DNA of 64,000 nucleotides, from contig JAXLNO010002966.1 of the NCBI GenBank assembly GCA_038087875.1, forward strand, positions 186,001-250,000. Direction: 5' to 3'. Shown here piece by piece: positions 58,631 through 64,000 of this stretch (positions within the stretch are counted from its first letter, which is position 1; every line of letters starts with the position of its first letter). The stretch is from Malacoraja senta (taxonomy: Eukaryota). A program made the position numbers and the translations under genes. The notes beneath the pieces are model-generated. The model did no database searches. It was not told where the DNA came from and saw only the letters and a program-made list of their open reading frames with translations.

Positions 58631-61600
58631 AGTGTGAGTGAGCGGGAATATGGGTGAGCGAGAGTGAATGAGAGAGTGGGGTGAGAGAGAGTGAGTGTGA
58701 GTGTGAGTGGGTGAGTGAGTGTGGGTGTTGAGTGAGTGAACAGTGAGAGAGTGGGTGGGTGAGTGCGTGGGTGAGTGAAGAGTGAGAGAGTGGGTGAATG
58801 AAGAGTGAGTGAGTGAAGATTGAGTGAGTGAGAGTAAGTGAGTGAGAATAACTGAGTGGGTGAGTGAGTGTGAAAGTGAGTGAGTGCCATGAGAGAGAGA
58901 CAGTGAGTGAGTGGGAGTGACGGAGATTGTGAGTGGGTTGATGAGTGCAAGTGAGTGTGCGTGAGTAAGACTAAGTGGGTGTATAGTGAGTGTGGGTGAG
59001 TGAAGAGTGAGTGAGTGAGGGTGAGTGTGTGGGTGAGTGAAGAGCAAGAGTGAGGGAGTGGGTGAGTGAGTGAGTGAGTGAGTGTGAGAGTGAGTGTGTG
59101 GGTGAGTGACTGAGTGAAAGTGAGTGGGTGAGAGAGAGTGAGTGAAGAATGAGTGAGAATGAGTGATCGTGGGTGAGAGTGAATGATTGTGGGTGAGTGA
59201 GAGCGAGCGAGTGGGTGAGAGAGTTTGAGTAAGTGAATAGTGGTTGAGTGGGTGAGTGAGGGTGAGTGAGAGTGGGTGAGAGAGTGAGTAGGTGAATGAG
59301 AGTGGGTGAGTGAATGTGAGTGTGACCGTGAGAGAAGAGTGATTGTGAGTGATTGAGTGAAGAGTGAGTGGGTGAGTGAGAGTGTAAGAGAGCGTGAATG
59401 AGTCTGAGCTAGTGAGAGAGTGAAGAGTGAGTGAGAGTGAGTGGGTAAGAGATTGTGAGTAAGTGAAAAGTGAGTGAGTTGATGAATGAGAGTGGTTGTG
59501 AGAGTGTGAGTGCGACAGTGAGTGAGTGAAGAGTGGTTGTGAGTGTGTGAGTGAAGAGTGAATGGGTGAGAGTGAGTGAGAGAGTGTGAGTGAGAGAGTG
59601 AGTGGTGGGTGAGTGTGAAAGTGAGTGTGGATGAGAGTGAGTGAGAGTGAATGAGAGTGAGAGTGAGTGGGTGAGTGAGAGTGAGTGACAGTGTGGGTGA
59701 GTGTGAGTGGGTGAGTGAAGAGTGAGTGAGAGTGAAGGAGGGATGATTGACAGCGAGTGAGAATGTGAGTGGGTGAGTGCGAGTGAGTGAGTGACAGTGT
59801 GGGTGAGTGACAAGGTGGGTGAGAGTGTGAGTAGATGAGTGAGGAGTGAGTGGGTGTGAAGAGTGAGCATGTGAGTGAGAGCAAGTGAGAGAGTGTGTGA
59901 GTTAGTGAGTCAGTGAAGAATGAGTGAGGGAGTGAATGTGGGCGAGTGAAGAGTGAGAGAGAGTGGGTGAGAGAGTGAGTGAGTGAGAGAGTGTGAGAAT
60001 GCATGTGTGTGAGAGAGTGAGAGTGAATGAGAGAGTGAGTGAGAGTGAGTGAGAGTGAGTGAGTGTGTGAGCATGAGTGAGAGAGTGTGAGTAAGTGAGT
60101 GAAGAGTGTGAGTGAGAGAGTGAGTGAATGAGTGTGAGAGTGAGTATGCATGAGAGTGAGACAATGAGTGAGTGAGTGGGAGTGAGTGAGTGTGAGTGAG
60201 TGTGAGTGACAGTGTGGGTGTGAGAGTGGGTGAGTGAGAGTGAGTGGGTGAGTGAAGAGTGAGCATGTGAGTGAGTGTGAGAGAGTGAGTGAGTCAGTGA
60301 AGAATGAATGAGTGAGTGGGTGAGTGTGTGGGCAAGTGAAGAGTGAGAGAGAGTGGGTGAAAGAGTGGGTGAGTGAGCGTGAGTGAGAGTATGTGAGTGT
60401 GAGAATGCGTGTGTGTGTGAGAGTGAATGAGAGTGAGTGAGAGTGAGTGGGTGTGTGCGTGAGAGTGAGTGACAGTGTGGTTGAATGTGTGAGAGTGAGA
60501 GAGTGAAGAGTGAGTGAGCGTTAGTGAGTGTGAATTAGTGAGAATGAGTGAATGGGTGAGTGAGAGTGGGTGTGAGAGTGAGTGATTGTAAGTGGGTGAG
60601 TGAGAGTTAGTGGGTGAGTAAGAGTGAGATGGTGAGTGAGTGCTGGTGTGAGTGGGTGAGTGTGACAGTGAGTAAGTTAAGAGTGAGCGTGTGAGTGAGA
60701 GTGAGTGAGTGAAGAGCGAGTGAGTGGTAGTGAGAGTGTGAGTGAGTGTATGAAGAATGTGAGTGAGAGTGAGTGAGAGTGAATGACAGTGTGAGAGTGA
60801 GTGACTGTGCATGATAGTGAGACAGTGAGTGTGTGGGAGTGAGAGTGAGTGAGTTGGTGAGTGTGCGTGAGTGAGTAAAGATTGAATGAATGAGTGGGTG
60901 AGTGAGTGTGACTGGATGAGTGACTGAGTGAGTGAGTGTGAGTGGGTGAGTGAAGAGTGAGTGAGTGTGAGAGTGAGTGCGTGAGAGTGAGTGAGCGAGT
61001 GAGTGAGAGAGTGAGTGTGAGTGAGTGAGTGTGTTAGTGTGTGGGTGAGTGAAGAGTGAGTGAGAGAGAGAGAGTGAGTGGGTGAGAGTGAGTGACAGTG
61101 GGTGACTGAGAGAGTGAGAGTCAGTGAATGGGTGAGATTGAGTGAGAGTGAATGAGATAGTGAGTGAGTGAATAAGAGTGAGTGTGTGGGAGTGAGTCAG
61201 AGTGAGAGTGTGGGCGAGTGAGTGTGAGCGGGTGAGTGAGTGAAGAGTGTGAGTGAGTGAGAGAGTGGGTGAATGAGTGTAAGTGAGTGTGCAATGAGTG
61301 AGCGAGCGTGAGTGTGTGAGTGAGTGTGAGTGAGTGTTAGTGAGTAAAGAGCATGAAAGAGTGAATGAATGAGAGTGAGTGTGAGTGGGTGAGTGACTGA
61401 GAGTGAGTGGGTGAATGAAGAGTGAGTGAGTGAGAGAGTGAGTGTGAGTGAGTGGGTTAGTGTGTGGGTGAGTGAAAAGTGAGAGTGGGTGAGTGAAGAG
61501 TGAGAGTGGGTGAGTGAGAGAGTGTGAATGATAGTGAGGCAGTGAGTGAGAGAGGGTGAGTGAGAAAATGACTGTGGGTGAGAGTGTGGGTGAGTGAGTG

Positions 61601-62565
61601 AGTGAGAGAGTGAGAGTCAGTGAATGGGTGAGATTGAGTGAATGAGATAGTGTGAGTCAATAAGATTGAGTGGGAGCGAGTGAGAGTGAGTGTGGGTGAG
61701 TGAGTGTGAGTGGGTGCGAGAGTGCGTGAGTGAGAATGAGTGAGTGAAAAGCGGGTGAGTGGTAGTGAGTGTGAATGAGTGAGTGAAGAGTGTGAGTGAG
61801 AGTGAGTGAGAGGGTGGGTGAATGAGAGTGTGAGAGTGTGCATGAGAGTGAGACAATGAGTGAGTGGGAGTGAGTGAGTGTGAGTGAGTGGGTGAGTGTG
61901 AGTGAGTTAGTGAGTAAAGAGTGAGTGAATGAATGAGAGTGAGTGAGTGACTGAGAGTGAGTGGGTGGGTGACTGAGAGTGAGTGGATGAGTGAAGAGTG
62001 AGTGAGTGAGTGAGAGAGTGAGTGTGAGTGAGTCGGTGAGTGTGTGGGTGAGTGAAGAGTGAGAGTGGGTGAGCGAGAGTGAGTGTGAGAGTGAGACTGA
62101 GTAAGAGTGGGTGAGAGAATGAGTGAGTGAGTGTGGGTGAATGAGTGAGAGTGAGTGAGAGTGGGTGAGTGAGTGAAAGTGAATGGGTGAGATTGAGTGA
62201 GAGTCAATGAGATAGTGAGTGCGTGAATAAGAGTGAGTGGGTGTGAGATTGAGTGAGAGTGTGGGTGAGTGAGTGTGAGTGGGTGAGTGAGAGTGAGTGA
62301 AGAGTGTGAGAGTGAGAGTGTGTGGGTCAGTGAGTGAGGGAGTGAGATTGTGTGACTATGAGTGGGTGGGTGATAGTGAGAGTGTGAGAGTAAGTGAGTG
62401 AAGAGCGAGTGAGTGGTAGTGAGAGAGTGTGAGTGAGTGAGCGAGTGGATGAAGAGTGTGAGTGAGAGTGAGTGAAGGTGAGTGAGAGAGTGGGTGTGCA
62501 TGAGTGAGAAAATGAGTGAGTGAGAGTGAGTGAGTGGGTGAATGAGAGTGAGTGAGTGAGTGAGA

Positions 62566-63239
62566 GATGGAATGTAAATAAAGTTGAAGCGGGAGATGTA
62601 ATGTAAATGCCAGCGCCTCTTGAGGCCAGGAGCCCTGTAGTCCAGGATAGAGACCTGTAGCACAGAATAGAGACCTGCAGCCCAGGATATAGACCTGGAG
62701 CCCAGGATGGAGACCTGTAGCCCAGGATATAGACCTGTGGCCCAGGATAGACCTGTAGCCCAGGATAGAGACCTATAGCCCAGGATAGAGACTTGTAGCC
62801 CAGGATATTGACCTATAGCCCAGGATAGACCTCTGAAGCCGGGGATTGTCCACATTTAGACAGACGTGAGAAACCTAGATGGAGGAGCCAGTCTCCCAGA
62901 AGCAAGAAATTGTCTCCTAGATGGAGCCAATCCCCCAGGTGACATGATTCGCCGAGACGCAGCGAGATGCAGGAGCTACACGTAAATGAAACCCCAAAGT
63001 TAAAGGGTGAGATGTAACGTTTGTATTTGTCATCAATATTAATATTGGAAATAGTTTGTTATCCACATTAAATTGATTCAAGGTTAAATTTATTAGTATT
63101 GAAAAAATTGTGACCTCAAATTTGAAGGGGGAGATGTAATGTAAATAAATTTGAAGGCGGAGATGTAATGTAAATGCCAGCGTCTCTTGAGGCCAGGAGT
63201 ACAAGCTGGCGAGTTGGCGTGTGACAGCAGACATTACAG
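62566..63239. repeat. Satellite island, copy 4 (674 bp)
   Basis: As copy 3; shares the acctgtggccc variant with it. Confidence 0.9.
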
Positions 63240-64000
63240 AGTGTGAGTGAGCGGGAATATGGGTGAGCGAGAGTGAATGAGAGAGTGGGGTGAGAGAGAG
63301 TGAGTGTGAGTGTGAGTGGGTGAGTGAGTGTGGGTGTTGAGTGAGTGAACAGTGAGAGAGTGGGTGGGTGAGTGCGTGGGTGAGTGAAGAGTGAGAGAGT
63401 GGGTGAATGAAGAGTGAGTGAGTGAAGATTGAGTGAGTGAGAGTAAGTGAGTGAGAATAACTGAGTGGGTGAGTGAGTGTGAAAGTGAGTGAGTGCCATG
63501 AGAGAGAGACAGTGAGTGAGTGGGAGTGACGGAGATTGTGAGTGGGTTGATGAGTGCAAGTGAGTGTGCGTGAGTAAGACTAAGTGGGTGTATAGTGAGT
63601 GTGGGTGAGTGAAGAGTGAGTGAGTGAGGGTGAGTGTGTGGGTGAGTGAAGAGCAAGAGTGAGGGAGTGGGTGAGTGAGTGAGTGAGTGAGTGTGAGAGT
63701 GAGTGTGTGGGTGAGTGAGTGAGTGAAAGTGAGTGGGTGAGAGAGAGTGAGTGAAGAATGAGTGAGAATGAGTGATCGTGGGTGAGAGTGAATGATTGTG
63801 GGTGAGTGAGAGCGAGCGAGTGGGTGAGAGAGTTTGAGTAAGTGAATAGTGGTTGAGTGGGTGAGTGAGGGTGAGTGAGAGTGGGTGAGAGAGTGAGTAG
63901 GTGAATGAGAGTGGGTGAGTGAATGTGAGTGTGACCGTGAGAGAAGAGTGATTGTGAGTGATTGAGTGAAGAGTGAGTGGGTGAGTGAGAGTGTAAGAGA

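Larger units (their letters stand above)
45970..64000. repeat. GTGA-rich macrosatellite with a higher-order unit of ~4.6 kb; runs off the end of the window
   Basis: Island starts at 47508, 53321, 57957 and 62566 (spacings 5813, 4636, 4609). The sequence between islands is an irregular mix of GTGA/GA/GT/GG modules, repeated nearly base for base between units. Confidence 0.95.

Noticed and set aside
45764-63656. Many long minus-strand ORFs rich in His/Ser/Thr/Leu (up to 559 aa), including four starting MWTIPGFRG
   Set aside because: The TCAC-rich strand rarely forms stop codons. All frames are open with the same composition, and lengths and frames vary between units. No domain evidence.
45970-64000. 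Array as an immunoglobulin switch-like region or a telomere
   Set aside because: It lacks dense AGCT motifs and TTAGGG tracts, and no Ig constant exons are nearby.

Overview
Eukaryotic, repeat-dense vertebrate DNA. The HE1/V-SINE-like, CR1 and Penelope-tail families and a shark-like MHC exon point to a cartilaginous fish, probably a skate or ray (inference). Bases 1-45774 are mostly nested transposable elements: a Tx1-like LINE, two L1 copies, many CR1 fragments, Rex/Babar and RTE ends, SINEs, MITEs, a 5-kb hAT element with an 8-bp TSD, an LTR retrotransposon that keeps gag and integrase but lacks PR-RT-RH, and many Penelope-like fragments whose termini carry minimal hammerhead ribozyme motifs. 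Two phase-compatible exons of an MHC class I-like gene lie on the + strand. The alpha-3 exon (7543/7553-7752) has lost its 5' part at a hAT-type terminus. The TM/cytoplasmic exon (14960-15189) takes its last codons and stop from a CR1 fragment. After a 195-N gap (45775-45969), the rest of the window is a strand-asymmetric GTGA-rich macrosatellite with a ~4.6-kb higher-order unit. Each unit holds a ~0.67-kb island with 67-nt terminal direct repeats and a 20-bp minisatellite. The long His/Ser/Thr/Leu ORFs there are artefacts. All calls are by eye, without database searches; most repeat boundaries are approximate.
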